This document shows, in pieces, positions 1 to 14,879 of a stretch of 64,000 nt of DNA. The notes beneath the pieces are model-generated. The model was not told the DNA's origin and did no database searches. It saw only the letters and a program-made list of their open reading frames with translations. Source of the DNA: Octopus sinensis (Eukaryota); the NCBI RefSeq assembly GCF_006345805.1, contig NC_042997.1:682001-746000 (forward strand). The letters are read 5' to 3'. The position numbers were made by a program, and so were the translations under genes. Positions within the stretch are counted from its first letter, which is position 1. Each line of letters begins with the position of its first letter.

Positions 1-210
1 AGAAAGTATCAAGAGGAATATAAAGGTGGTTGGAATAGAGTGTCCAGTAGAACTGTTACAAAAGGATTGCCTCACTGGCATGGCCAGAATAATCAGGAAA
101 GTATTAGATAACTGAAAAGAACGAAAAGCAAGGTACCGTAGGCTGCGGATAGTAAGCGCGCTACACGTGCAAGACTCCAGGAGCTCCAACAAAACCTATG
201 ATAAAGAGAA
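1..210 (+). mobile_element. 3' end of an R4/Dong-type non-LTR retrotransposon (family B), cut by the window edge
   Basis: Frame 2 reads ESIKRNIKVVGIECPVELLQKDCLTGMARIIRKVLDN* (TGA 113-115). This resembles the C-terminus LQKxxLLGTAxIxRKVL of RLE-bearing elements and of the copies downstream. The 3' UTR differs from family A and is followed directly by (TAA)n. Confidence 0.7.
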
Positions 211-261
211 AATAATAATGGTAATAATAATCATAATAATAATAATAATAATAATAATAAT
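211..261. repeat. (TAA)n microsatellite between Dong-like elements
   Basis: Visible trinucleotide run. Confidence 0.95.
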
Positions 262-1432
262 AGATATGAAATTTGGATTAGAAAAATGCGCCAAAGTAAC
301 CATGAAAAGAGGAAAACTAGTTAAGAGTAACAACATCACACTAGATAAAACCAATGAAATAAAAGAATTAGACCAAAGCCAAACTTACAAATACTTAGGA
401 ATCCATGAACTAGATAAGACACAACACACACAAATGAAAGAGAAAATAAAAAAAGAATATTATAGACGAGTTAGATCAATACTAAAAACAGAGATCAATG
501 CTAAAAACAAGATAATAGGTATCAACACTTTAGCTGTCCCAGTTATAAGTTACAGCTACAATATCCTTAACTGGACACGAAATGAACTGACCAAAATAGA
601 TAGGAAAACAAGAAAAATAATGACAGGATCTAGGATGCATCACCCAAAATCTGACATAGAAAGACTATATACACAACGTATAGAAGGTGGTAGAGGCCTT
701 ATACAGCTGGAAAAGTACTATAAAATAACCACCATAGGACTGCAAAAATACCTACTTCAGAAGGAAGGAAAACTGATCCAGATAACTGCAGAATATGTGG
801 AGATGAACAAGAAACAATAAATCATTATCTCTAGCTGCCCAGTCCTGGCTAAGAAGGAATATATTCGCAGACATGACAGAGTTGGAACCTACATACATTG
901 GAAGCTATGCCAACAGAAAAAAGATGGTATAGGCACACACCAGAAAAGGTCACAGAAAACGAGAAAGCAACCATACTCTGGGATATGCCGATACACACAA
1001 ATAGAGAAATTAAGGCCAACAGACCATATATAGTTGTCAGAGATCATGAAGAAAAAAAATGTTTTCTAATTGAAGTATCAATACCGGCAGATGACAACGT
1101 GTCTCTAAAAGAAATGGAGAAACTCTCAAAATACAAAGACCTGGAAATAGAGGTAACTAAAATGTGGAATCTGAAAACAGAAACAATTCCTATCATAGTA
1201 GGTGCATTAGGCATGATAAAAAAATATTCAGACAAATACATAACAAAAACACCAGGACTTACAAACACATATGACATACAGAAAATTGCACTACTAGGCA
1301 CTGCACACATCCTACGCAGAACACTTTCCATACAATAACCATCAGAGCATCACAACAAATCACAGCACATACCCAAGGCACACAGAGCTGCGCTCGGTAG
1401 TGAAGTGAAAGCACGCTATAAAAATAAAACTA

Positions 1433-1437
<5 letters not shown>
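262..1437 (+). mobile_element. R4/Dong-type LINE family A, copy 1 (5'-truncated, internally deleted)
   Basis: RT thumb (MKFGLEKCAK, YKYLG), then RLE domain (ILWDMPIHT, NRPxIVVRD, IEVSIP, KYKDLEIE, LLGTAHILRRTLSIQ*). 3' UTR ends ...CTACTGAA followed by (TAA)n. Near-identical to 3420-4986 apart from two deletions. Confidence 0.9.
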
Positions 1438-1493
<56 letters not shown>

Positions 1494-1517
1494 TAATAAT
1501 AATAATAATAATAATAA
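1438..1517. repeat. (TAA)n microsatellite
   Basis: Visible run. Confidence 0.95.
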
Positions 1518-1900
<383 letters not shown>

Positions 1901-1966
1901 TAATAATGATAATAATAATAATAATAAGAGATAAAAATTATAATGATAATAATAATAATAATAATA

Positions 1967-2171
1967 GTTTCAAATTTTGTAACAAGAGCAGCCATTTAGG
2001 AGATGAGTTGATTACATCGACCCCAGTATTCAACTGGTACGTACTTTATCGACCGCGAAAGGGTAAAGGTAAAATCGACTCCGGCGGAATTTGAACTCAA
2101 AACGTAGCTACGAGTGAAATACCGTTAGGCACTTTGCCGGGCGTATTGACGATTGTGCCAGCTCGCCGCCT
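1967..2171 (-). mobile_element. tRNA-headed SINE family 1 (MetaSINE-like central domain)
   Basis: Minus strand begins AGGCGGCGAGCTGGCA, has a B-box-like GAGTTCAAATTCC and the central GTCGATTTTACCTTTACCCTTTCGCGGTCGATAAAG motif repeated in many copies here. Flanked by (TAA)n on both sides. Confidence 0.8.
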
Positions 2172-2185
2172 TTATAATAATAATA

Positions 2186-5240
<3,055 letters not shown>

Positions 5241-6320
5241 AATTTTATTTGCCACAAGGGAGAGAGATGTGGGTGACAATACAAGGACCGACATAATGTC
5301 TAGGGTTCTACATATAATGAAATGATAAAAAAAGGAAAGGCAGAATGTATAAACGGTATATACTGAAAAAGGAAGGACATGTGCATAGCATACAAAGGAT
5401 TAAAGAGAAAGAAAAAGTTACAGGGTTAATGATAGAGATGTGACCCCCCTGGTACCGGAAGGCCTCTAGGGATAATCGAGGGACCCTCTGTCCAAGATTT
5501 TTCCGAAAACCAAGGAGCAAGTGCCCTCTCCAATTACTTTTCTTCGACACACAGATCTAGAGATACCGTTCACTCTAACCATTCTTGCAACTTTCACCAA
5601 TCTTTCAGTAAACTCACTCGAGAACAGCACTTTCCTCTCGATTTACTTTGCAAGTGAAAATTGAAGTTAACGAGAGCTCTATCAAAGAGGAATGTATCTC
5701 TCATGCATTTCAACCTTGACCACCAAAGAATCTCTTTCGCCACAGCCACCAGGCAAAGGAAAACTGCTTTGCTTGCCGGACTGAAGGAGGGGGCGCGATC
5801 ATCACTGCGGACTCATCCGATAGACTTATCCCTCCACACGTGACACTAGCTGTTCGACAAACCCCACAAGTCAGCAATGCTGGGACAACGAACGAGGGTG
5901 TGCAGAACGGTTTTGCCACTCTGCGTGTACCTCGGAAAAGCCCGTCCAACAGCACATCCGTGCCTGTAGAGTTTATCTCGAACTGGTAGTATTGTCAAGC
6001 CAAGGGCATTTGGAAATTATCCATGATAGTTCTCGACCAAAAGGTCCTCGTGAACATAGTAGCCAACTCGTTCTTTTTGGCATTCAGAATCTCCCTGAGA
6101 ACGTCGTCGCACTTTCCCGCCGCTTATTTACTATAAACTTCTAAAGCGGAACATCCATCGATACCATTACCCGACTGGTAGGGCGCTGTGAGCGCCTGAT
6201 GATATACTTGGTGCCAGGCGCCCAGTCTCGGCCATTTCTTCTCCCAGGACTACAACTACGTCAAAGAGACGAGCTGCGGAAAGACAATCCTCACGAACGG
6301 TGTCCAAACACTGCCGAAAG
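5241..6320 (-). mobile_element. 3' end of a Tx1/L1-clade LINE (ORF2 C-terminal zinc-finger region + 3' UTR)
   Basis: Frameshifted minus-strand peptides VWTPFVRIVFPQLVSLT, PVRDKLYRHGCAVGRAFPRYTQSGKTVLHTLVRCPSIADLWG (decayed CxxC...HxxxxC of zf-RVT type). 3' UTR ends AATAAA followed by a TTC-type repeat. Confidence 0.7.
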
Positions 6321-6653
6321 TTCTTGTTGACAAACAACGGCAATAATTTTATTCAGCTGAATACACGTCATTGATTGGTTGAAATTACCAAAATAGGACT
6401 ACTTTAACGTGAAATTACTTCGTAAATATAAGGTTTTCACAAAAATGCCAAGAGTAAAAGATGTTTTATATGACACATTCTACCAGGTTTGAAAGTGTTT
6501 AGTTATAAAAAGTTATTTAAAAAATCTGTAGGTCAGAAGATACAATAATTGTTGTATTAAAAATATAAGTATATATAAATATACGTAAATATGTATAAGT
6601 ATAAATATATAATATATGTGACGGTTTAAAAATTTTGAATTAAGATTTTAAAG

Positions 6654-6745
6654 CATCTTACGATCGTTTCGCTGAAGTGTGGTCTCTATAATGGAATCCT
6701 ATATTGATAAGCTTTTATAGACAACTCTTCTGCTCTTCAGGGATA
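6654..6745 (-). ncRNA. type I hammerhead ribozyme with long stem II (copy A)
   Basis: Minus strand: TATCC-CTGAAGA-GCAGAAG...CTTCAGC-GAAA-CGATCG-TA-AGATG. Intact core, palindromic stem III (ACGATCGT), GUA cleavage triplet, one mismatch each in stems I and II. Confidence 0.7.
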
Positions 6746-7142
6746 TAAAATTTGAATTTTGTATAATATATCGAATGGTAGTTTTTTTCTTAATATGAAG
6801 TAATATGATAAAATGGTGTCTGTTTGAAATATAAAATTACAAATTAAAAATTTCAGCTTTTGAATTTGGTAGGTATGAGAATCTTTAAATGAATATATGC
6901 TTCCTTGGTAAGTATTCTGTAATAATCCATAATAGTTATGTGTAAAATCCATTATATTGTCCTGTATTCCAAATATAGTTCCTAGACTTAGATAATATAG
7001 AATAATTGAATCCTATATGGATATGCATTTATAGATAATTCTTCTGCTCTTCAGAAATATTAAATGTGAAATTTGCATAATTTAATGAATCGTAGTTTAA
7101 AAAAAATTATGAAGTAATATGGGAAAATGGTGTGTTTGAAAT

Positions 7143-8707
7143 GTTAGTTAGTTAGTTAAGTTATTAATTTTTTGGCTCAAAAAGCAAAAAGCAAGGCCAT
7201 GTAGGGGGACATGGAGTTATGTACAGGGTGGTGTTCATGTAAAGAGTTCAGGCCACTTGAGGTCAAGGGAGACTTTGAACCTAGCGGTCGTCGGCATCTT
7301 CACCATCTCGTTTGGCAGCTTATTCCACGGATCCGCAACCCGGACGGAGAAAGCCCCTCTCATTCGATTGAGATGAAATCGTCGCAGATAGAGCTTTACG
7401 GAATGACCTCGCAGCCGACGCTCTGGAGCAGGAGTGAAGAACAGGTCTTTCGAGAGGTTACACTTTCCGCTTATGATGTTGTGAGCAAGAATGAGATCTC
7501 CACGGCGTCGTCGTTTTTCTAGAGAATAAATGTCGAGAGTCTTCAGCCTTTCTTCATAAGACAAATTCTTGAGACCAAGAACCATGTGGGTAGCCAGCTT
7601 CTGGACTCTTTCGAGATGCTGTATGTCTTTCAGGAGATAAGGAGAAGAGGCTTGAATCCCGTACTCCAATATGGGTCTCACCAGCGTGACATAGAGCGGT
7701 AGGAATATGGCTGCTGTGAACATTCCGAATGACCGTCGAATCAAGAACAGAATTCCGCGTGCTTTATTAACAGCATGGAAGCACTGGACCGAAGGCGAAA
7801 AGGAGGAATCCACCAAGATACCTATGTCCTTTACCTGATCGGTCCTCTCCAGCAGCAGACGACCCGGCTCGAAATCAAGTTGAGTTGCAGGAGGAGAGCC
7901 AAGAGGCAGATGACATCACTTTTACACGTTCAGACACAGGTCCCATTCGTTAGACCATCTCCAAATTTGGTGGAGGCATCGACGAAGATCCTCTATATCA
8001 CCACGAGGAGTGACCAGTTTGACATCGTCGGCAAATAGACGGGTGTGTTGCGTGAGGTCGTCTGGCAAGCCATTTATGAAGACTAAGAACAATAAGGGCC
8101 CAAGCACTGAACCTTGAGGCACGCCACTGCTTGCACTGGAGACGTCGGACCGCGAACCATTAACTTGGACTTGGAAGGAGCGATCTGAGAGGAAGGCAAC
8201 AACCGATCGTACAATATCCAGATGGAAACTATATGCTTGAAGCTTGACGAGTAATAGGCGGTGGTTTAACGAGTCAAAAGCTTTGGCAAAGTCCAATAAA
8301 ACGAGTCAACAGCATCACTATCATCGAGGATGCGCGTCACCAATTCTTCCATTACCAGTAAGTTGGTCAAGCATGATCTCTTCGGCACGAAGCCGTGTTG
8401 GGAATCGGAGATAGAGGCTGTGTTTTGGAGGTGGAGCATCATACTTTTCTTAAGGATGGTTTCGAACATCTTGCTGATTATTGATGTAAGGGAAACCGCT
8501 CGGTAGTTAAGCGGGTCTTCGCGGCTCCCTTTCTTGAAAATTGGGCAGATTATCGCTGTCCTCCAGTCCGCAGGTATAACATCCGTCGCCAATGCCATAT
8601 TGAATAGACGTCTTAAGGGCTCGCAGATGACCGGAGCCAACACTTTGATAACCCGTGGGTGTATGCCGTCAGGGCCGTGACCCTTGTTGACATCGAGGCC
8701 TTAACGC
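7143..8707 (-). mobile_element. 5'-truncated CR1/L2-like LINE (RT domain + 3' end)
   Basis: QHGFVPKRSCLTNLL, DFAKAFDSLNH, SGVPQGSVLGPLLFL, LFADDVKL, LVRPILEY, LERVQK, SLEKRRRRGDLI. (TAAC)n tail at ~7143-7165. GAAAT at 7138-7142 and 8708-8712 is a candidate TSD. Confidence 0.9.
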
Positions 8708-11039
8708 GAAATATAAATTAAAAATTTTGGTAAGTACACTTTAGTATGAGGGTCTTGAAATTCATGTATGCCTCCTTGGTAATTCTTCTGTAGTAATCCA
8801 TAATAATTATTTATAAAATCCATTATATTGTCCTGTATTCCAAATATACTTCATAAACTTAAATAATATAAAATGAAATTATATGTGAAATTATATGTAA
8901 ATTTATAGTTATAAATTGGTCAAAATATTTATTTTATATTTTTATTTTTATAATTGGAGGATGCCAATTAAAATGTTTACATTTTTACATTTAATGCAAT
9001 TATAACTGTCCATTTGTTATAGATTAGATGTGCACGGGTTCTAATTCCAAGAATATATATTCAATCTTTATTTAATGTGAAATTTATGTCATGTAAATGT
9101 GCGTATAGTCAAATTTATCTATCAATCTGTTTGTAAGTATCACCTTATATTTTGATATCACCAAAAAGAAGCCATATATATAGTCACTAATCTAAATCTT
9201 TATTAGATCTCTTATAATATTTCAAGATATTTCTAAAACCTATGTCGACATGTTGAAAGTGCTCCTGATTGGCAAGTTATTAAGTTCTTATGCTTATATA
9301 ATGATATATACAGAATTCTTTCATACACAGACGGCAACTATTAGAGTTATGTATGTATGGTGTGGCTGAATCTATTATTGACCATTCTAATTTATAGTTA
9401 ACTGTATTTCTTAAGTTTATGTATATATTTAGCAAATGGTGTCGTATTGGTAGCTATTTTTGGTTTAAAGGAGTGTACATGTGCTAATAATCTCTGTTTA
9501 AAATTAACGGAATTACCTATATATACCATACTATGTGACTTATGAATTTTACTATGCATTTGTAGCTTACGTTAAATCTTCTATAATTGCCTTTTTAAAG
9601 GGCATAATATTTAAAGGTTTTACATGAGCAGTTTTTATTTTTATTTTCATATTTCCGTTCAGAAGAATAGTGTCTACTATGGTTATGATTATTTGTGGTG
9701 TATGGTATTATTGTTGAATTTATTGTAGTATTATTTAACGTAGAGTTAGATATATTTATTGTTTGTGAATTATTATTTTTATTTTTATTAGCTTGTGGTA
9801 TTGTATTATCTAAGGCATTTTGTATATTTTCAAATGTATGGTAGTTAGAATTTTGCTGGAGTTTGTTATATGAATATAATTGTTAGGTGTTCCAGTATTC
9901 TGAGACTTACATATACTCCTGTTGCTAATTCATCTTATTATTATTGTTATTGTTATTATAGCTGTTTTTATATTTGTTAATTTTTCTTTTATTAGAACAG
10001 GCAATAATAGATCCTACGTTTGGTGTTGTAGAGAAGGATATTTTAATTGATGATCGATTAAATATGTGGTGATTCCTTTTTCTAACTATATTCAAAGAAT
10101 TTTGTGCTAAATCCTTAACATTTAATGATAATTGAAGTGTGTAACAAATAATTTCTCGCTTTCTGCACCTATAAGGTAGTTTAGTACGTTTATATATTGG
10201 TTTTGGAATTTGTATATTTTTCACTGAGTATTTATTGTTATTATTATATTTAGTTATTTGCCTATCATTACTTTTTCTAGATTTTTTTTTTGTCTTGTGT
10301 AGAAGTTTCGTCATTTTGTATTAATTGCGTATTATTGTTATAGTTAAGATTACCTTTATTTCTTATTTTAGTATCACATGTAGTTTCGTTTAATTCCAGT
10401 TGTGCTATGTAAATTTTTAGTTCAGTATCCATTATGTATTTAATGTTTTGTTTGAATTCACTAGCAGCTAAAGCCTAATTGTAATAATTGGCATGATTAT
10501 TAAAACTTTCTTCATTATAAGATAGGTCAAATATTCTAGTAGATATACTATTTACGATACTTTTAAGTAATGATATAAGATGATTTGAATTAATATCTAT
10601 ATATTCAAGATATTCATTAGGTTTATGAAATGGAGAGTAGGTTGAATTATTAAGGTCTAATGTTCCGTGTAAAACTTTTGCTTTAGAATAACTTTCCTCA
10701 AATGTCATAGATAAACCAACATTTTTCTAAAATTTTTGTAGTTCCTCTCTCATTTTTCCTATTTTTCTTTTGGATCTACCGTTATATACTAGAAGTGCGT
10801 CATCTCTATATAATCCTCTCTTCAGAGATGGGAAGTAGTGTTTAGACTCAAATAATAAATATAAGCCTACTAAATCTATATGGATTTAAAGACACTAATA
10901 CTAAAGTGTACTTACCAAAATCAAAAGCAGTAATTTTTAATTTTTAATTTATATTTCAAACAAGCACCATTTTATCATATTACTTCATATTTAAAAAAAA
11001 CCCATACCATTCGATATATTATAGAACATTCAAATTTTA

Positions 11040-11130
11040 TATCTCTGAACAGCAGAACAGTTGTCTATAAATGCTTACAATATAGGATTCCATTATAGGG
11101 ACAGCACTTCTGCGAAACGATCGTAAGATG
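11040..11130 (+). ncRNA. type I hammerhead ribozyme with long stem II (copy B, G8 substituted)
   Basis: TATCT-CTGAACA-GCAGAAC...CTTCTGC-GAAA-CGATCG-TA-AGATG. Stems pair well, but the core has G8>C. Confidence 0.65.
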
Positions 11131-11316
11131 CTATGAAATCTTAATTAAAAAGCTTTATAATATATTATATATTTATACTTATACATATTTACATACATTT
11201 ATATATATTTATATTTTAAGTAAAATAATTACTTTACACACGTATATATCTTTCTGAAGAATTTTCTAATACAGATTTCCTGATATAAATAATAATATAT
11301 TATAAAATATATGCAT

Positions 11317-11381
<65 letters not shown>

Positions 11382-11384
11382 AAT

Positions 11385-11640
11385 ATACGATAAAATTTTT
11401 CGAAAAAAATTTTATCAATGGCCAGCATATCAAAAAATACGTTTAAAGGTTAAATTTATAAACAACTTATAAACAAGGGCAAAAGAAACAAAATTCTAAT
11501 GTCAAATATGCCGGAAATAGACAAATTGTCAATAACCATATAATTTACCACTATGAACTCGTGTCTCGAAGTAAGCCGACAGAAATTTCTTTAAAAATTC
11601 CGTTATTATCGTATCGGTCCCAAATTCAGAGTTAATTCAT
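11385..11640. mobile_element. partial copy of a long-TIR MITE-like family
   Basis: GATAAAATTTTTCG...AACAAGGGC arm plus an internal segment, shared with 11820-12113 and 22845-23110. Confidence 0.6.
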
Positions 11641-11819
11641 AAGAATTTTCTCCTCGTCAGCGATAAATACGTAAGATATTAATGAAATACTTACTCATAC
11701 CCACGGAAGAAGCAAGCACCAAGTCATGAGCAGACCTAAGTACCCCAAATATATCCAAAATAGAAAATCTCCAGCACATCTCGAGTCACGTGCGATTCGA
11801 ACTGAAAACTCTCACAGAA

Positions 11820-12113
11820 TGAGAGAGTACGGAAGTGAACACTAATAAATTTACATCTAATATAGGATAACATTTTTCGAAAAAATTTTTATCAATGCCA
11901 GCATATTAAAATATACATTTAAAGGTTAAATTTATAAACAACTTATAAACAAGGGCAGTGGTATATTTGCCATTACAATATTTTTTCTTTTGCCCTTGTT
12001 TACAAGTTGTTTATAAATTTAACCTATAAAGGTATCTTTTAATATGCTGGCCATGAAAAATTTTATCCTGTATTAGATGTAAATTTAATAGTGTTCACTT
12101 CCGGACTCTCTCA
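11820..12113. mobile_element. foldback/MITE-like element: ~125-135 bp inverted arms, 35-nt loop
   Basis: 11820-11956 (TGAGAGAGTACGGAAGTGAACACTA...CAAGGGC) is an imperfect reverse complement of 11992-12113. No clear TSD. Confidence 0.8.
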
Positions 12114-12115
12114 CT

Positions 12116-12309
12116 AGGCTAGCAATTTCGGGCGAGAGGTTAAGTCGATTACATCGACCCCATTGCTCAGCTGGTACATATTTTATACATCACAAAGTAT
12201 GAAAGAAAAAGCCGACCTCAGGGGAACTCGAATTTCGAACGTATAAGTGGACGAAATGCCGCTAAGCCTTAACCCGTCGTGCAAATGATTATTGTCAGTT
12301 CGCTGCCCT
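12116..12309 (-). mobile_element. SINE family 1 copy
   Basis: GTCGATTACATCGACCCC and central domain, reverse orientation. Confidence 0.75.
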
Positions 12310-12379
12310 TGTAAATATGAGTTAGTAATAAGAATATGTAGCTGCATTTATATGAATACCCTCGTAAATAGAATCACAT

Positions 12380-12425
<46 letters not shown>

Positions 12426-13103
12426 CAGTGAACGGCTGAAATTATGTTGAGTGGATTGAGCGGTATGTATTAGGAAAATATATGGCGAACTGTAACATAA
12501 AAAATTTTAATGTTTTAATGAAACACTTACCCCCTTGAGGAAATGCATTTCTATTACAAAAATCACAGTAATACAGTTGCTTTTATCTGTTTTGTTTTGT
12601 TTTTTAAGTTTAATTTGCGGGTCGGCTATTAATTCTGTGAAATGTTGCGTATAGTTAATTCGTATGTTATTTGTATTTAGGACGTTCTAATTATTTGGCA
12701 AGTGTCTTTGCAAAATTTGAAGGATGTTTTGAAATACAAATTTTATACTTTTAAGTTATATGGAAGGTTATGCTTGATTATGTTCCTTTACAAGAACTTG
12801 TTTAAAGCTGATATTTTATTTTTGTGTTGTTTTCGTCGTTGATTTCTTCGCTGTGAAGCTCATCAATATCTCGATGTGTAAGTTCTTTAAAGATATTTAT
12901 ACGTGTGGTAAGATTGTTTAGTAACCTGTTTTTTTTTGAGAACGTATTACGCTTAATCTATTGATTTTCCGTATGGGTAGTATGTTGAACTATCCCTGTT
13001 TAATGTGATTTTCAAGAATTTAATTGATTAGCAATGGGTTCCATGGTGGCTTTGAAACTTAAGCTAAAGAAATATAATGTATTTTAATATTTTGTGCAAA
13101 ACA

Positions 13104-13320
13104 AGACGGCGAACTGGCAGAATCTTTAAGCACACCGGACAGAAGCATGGCGGCATTTCATGCGTCTTCACGAACTGGGTTCATGTTCTACCGAGGTTGA
13201 TAAAATAAGTACCAGCTGAAGATTGGTATCGATAAAATAAGAACCAGTTGAAGATTGGTGTCGATATAATTGACTTATTCCTCCCCGAGATTGCTGGCCT
13301 TGTTCCAAAATCGGAAATCA
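13104..13320 (+). mobile_element. SINE family 1 copy (small internal tandem duplication)
   Basis: Head AGACGGCGAACTGGCAGAATC, central domain, duplicated ACCAG(C/T)TGAAGATTGGT.TCGATA. Confidence 0.7.
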
Positions 13321-13441
13321 ATATTGTGCGCGAAAATTTTAGGTTGAAATTTAATTTAATTAGGGTTTAAATTTTCTCTACCTATACTGATCATTTATAC
13401 ATGACAAATATATACATTCTGACGGTATACAATCGTTGATA

Positions 13442-13673
13442 TAGGCGGCGAGCTGGCAGAAACGTTACCACGCCGGGCGAAATGCTTAGCGGTATTTCGT
13501 CTGCGTTACGTTGTGAGTTCAAATTTAGCCGAGGTCGACTTTGCCTTTCATCCTTTCGGGGTCGATAAATTAAGTACCAGTTATGCACTGGGGTCGATGT
13601 AATCGACTTAATACCTATGTCTGTCCTTGTTTGTCCCCTCTGTGTTTAGCCCCTTGTGGGTAATAAAGAAATA
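13442..13673 (+). mobile_element. intact SINE family 1 variant with an alternative 3' tail and an 18-bp TSD
   Basis: Head GGCGGCGAGCTGGCAGAAACG, B-box GAGTTCAAATT, domain GTCGACTTTGCCTTTCATCCTTTCGGGGTCGATAAATTAAGTACCAG. Perfect flanking duplication GGTATACAATCGTTGATA at 13424-13441 and 13674-13691. Confidence 0.9.
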
Positions 13674-14177
13674 GGTATACAATCGTTGATACTTACAAAT
13701 ACAGAATGGCACAAACATGAACATGCAATATAACTGGAACGAAAACGAATAGATTATCTTGCATTAAATTGATAATATATTAATCTTTCATTTTTCCACG
13801 GTTCACTCAACTGAAATATCAGAGTAGTTCAATTTTTCACTCCAGAGTTCGTTGACATTTATTCAAGTAATTTCATTTAATAATTTTGTTGTTGCTGTTT
13901 TCTTTAATCCATATTTTGTCTCTTTACTTACTCACCATCACTTACGTTTATCTAATCTACTTTACTTGGCATTTAAACATAGTTATATAATTCTTGTTCC
14001 CAATAAAATGAAATGCATTTCACTAGGAATTTTGACAATTGTGCATCAATACCCCCCAAGAACATTCTCTTAATGAGGCTTTTAATCTTTTCTCCGATAT
14101 AAAAACATCAGAATGAAAACTTCTCTTTGTTGCTGGAATAAGCTATTAGACCTAACTTAACTTGCCACACACACACA

Positions 14178-14210
<33 letters not shown>

Positions 14211-14275
14211 ATGTGTATATGTGTATACATATACTCACATATATAAATATATGCACATTCATACTTATGGTTGCG

Positions 14276-14314
<39 letters not shown>

Positions 14315-14720
14315 GTGTATGTGTGTGTGTGTATGTGTGTGTGTATGCATGTATGTATGCATGTATATGCAACAAGTGAGTGAGAAGAAAACGAAAGACA
14401 GAGTGAGACAGATGACTCAGCTAGAGACATAAACCGAAAGCAGGTGAACTTAAAATTTGAAAATGATACCTGAAGGTGTTTAAAGTTACAACACATTTAA
14501 TTTGAAAACGTTAGTCTTAGTCGCCAGCAATATTCGGTTTTGAATTGAATAAAATCTACACAATCTCTCGGCTTACACGTTTGAATCGTATTTGAAACCA
14601 ATCTGAACAACGCCAAATTTCAAAGTCAGTATGATTATAGATTTAATTCACTGCAATGGAAATTTCTGTTGTGGTATTCTATGAAAGTGTATATCTTTAT
14701 GTATCTGTCTATACATTCAG

Positions 14721-14800
<80 letters not shown>

Positions 14801-14879
14801 CCGTATCTCTACCTATGTACCTACATATCTAAAACGCCCCACGCTTATATTTATATACATATATTGTCTTTTATCTTTT

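Larger units (their letters stand above)
6520..11285 (-). mobile_element. degenerate Penelope-like element with inverted terminal (pLTR-like) repeats, interrupted by a CR1-like LINE
   Basis: Minus-strand remnants at ~9215-10750: TLDL..YSPFHKPN..YIDINSNH (PLE RT thumb), HIFNRSSIKISFSTTPN, and a GIY-YIG region NCSC..CPL..YIGNSVNFKQRLLAHVHSF..CRLC..STCRH. About 6520-6855 is an inverted copy of about 10935-11285. Confidence 0.75.

Noticed and set aside
167-261. N-terminus of ORF 167..820
   Set aside because: It starts in the family B UTR and reads through (TAA)n as poly-Ile. This is a chance fusion to the truncated element.
1044-1331. Antisense ORFs over LINE and PLE coding regions (also 2460-2771, 7211-7522, 57373-57645 and others)
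   Set aside because: Shadow frames of the real element ORFs.
11620-11662. Minus-strand CTGACGA-GGA-GAAA with a neat stem III
   Set aside because: Neither stem II nor stem I can form.
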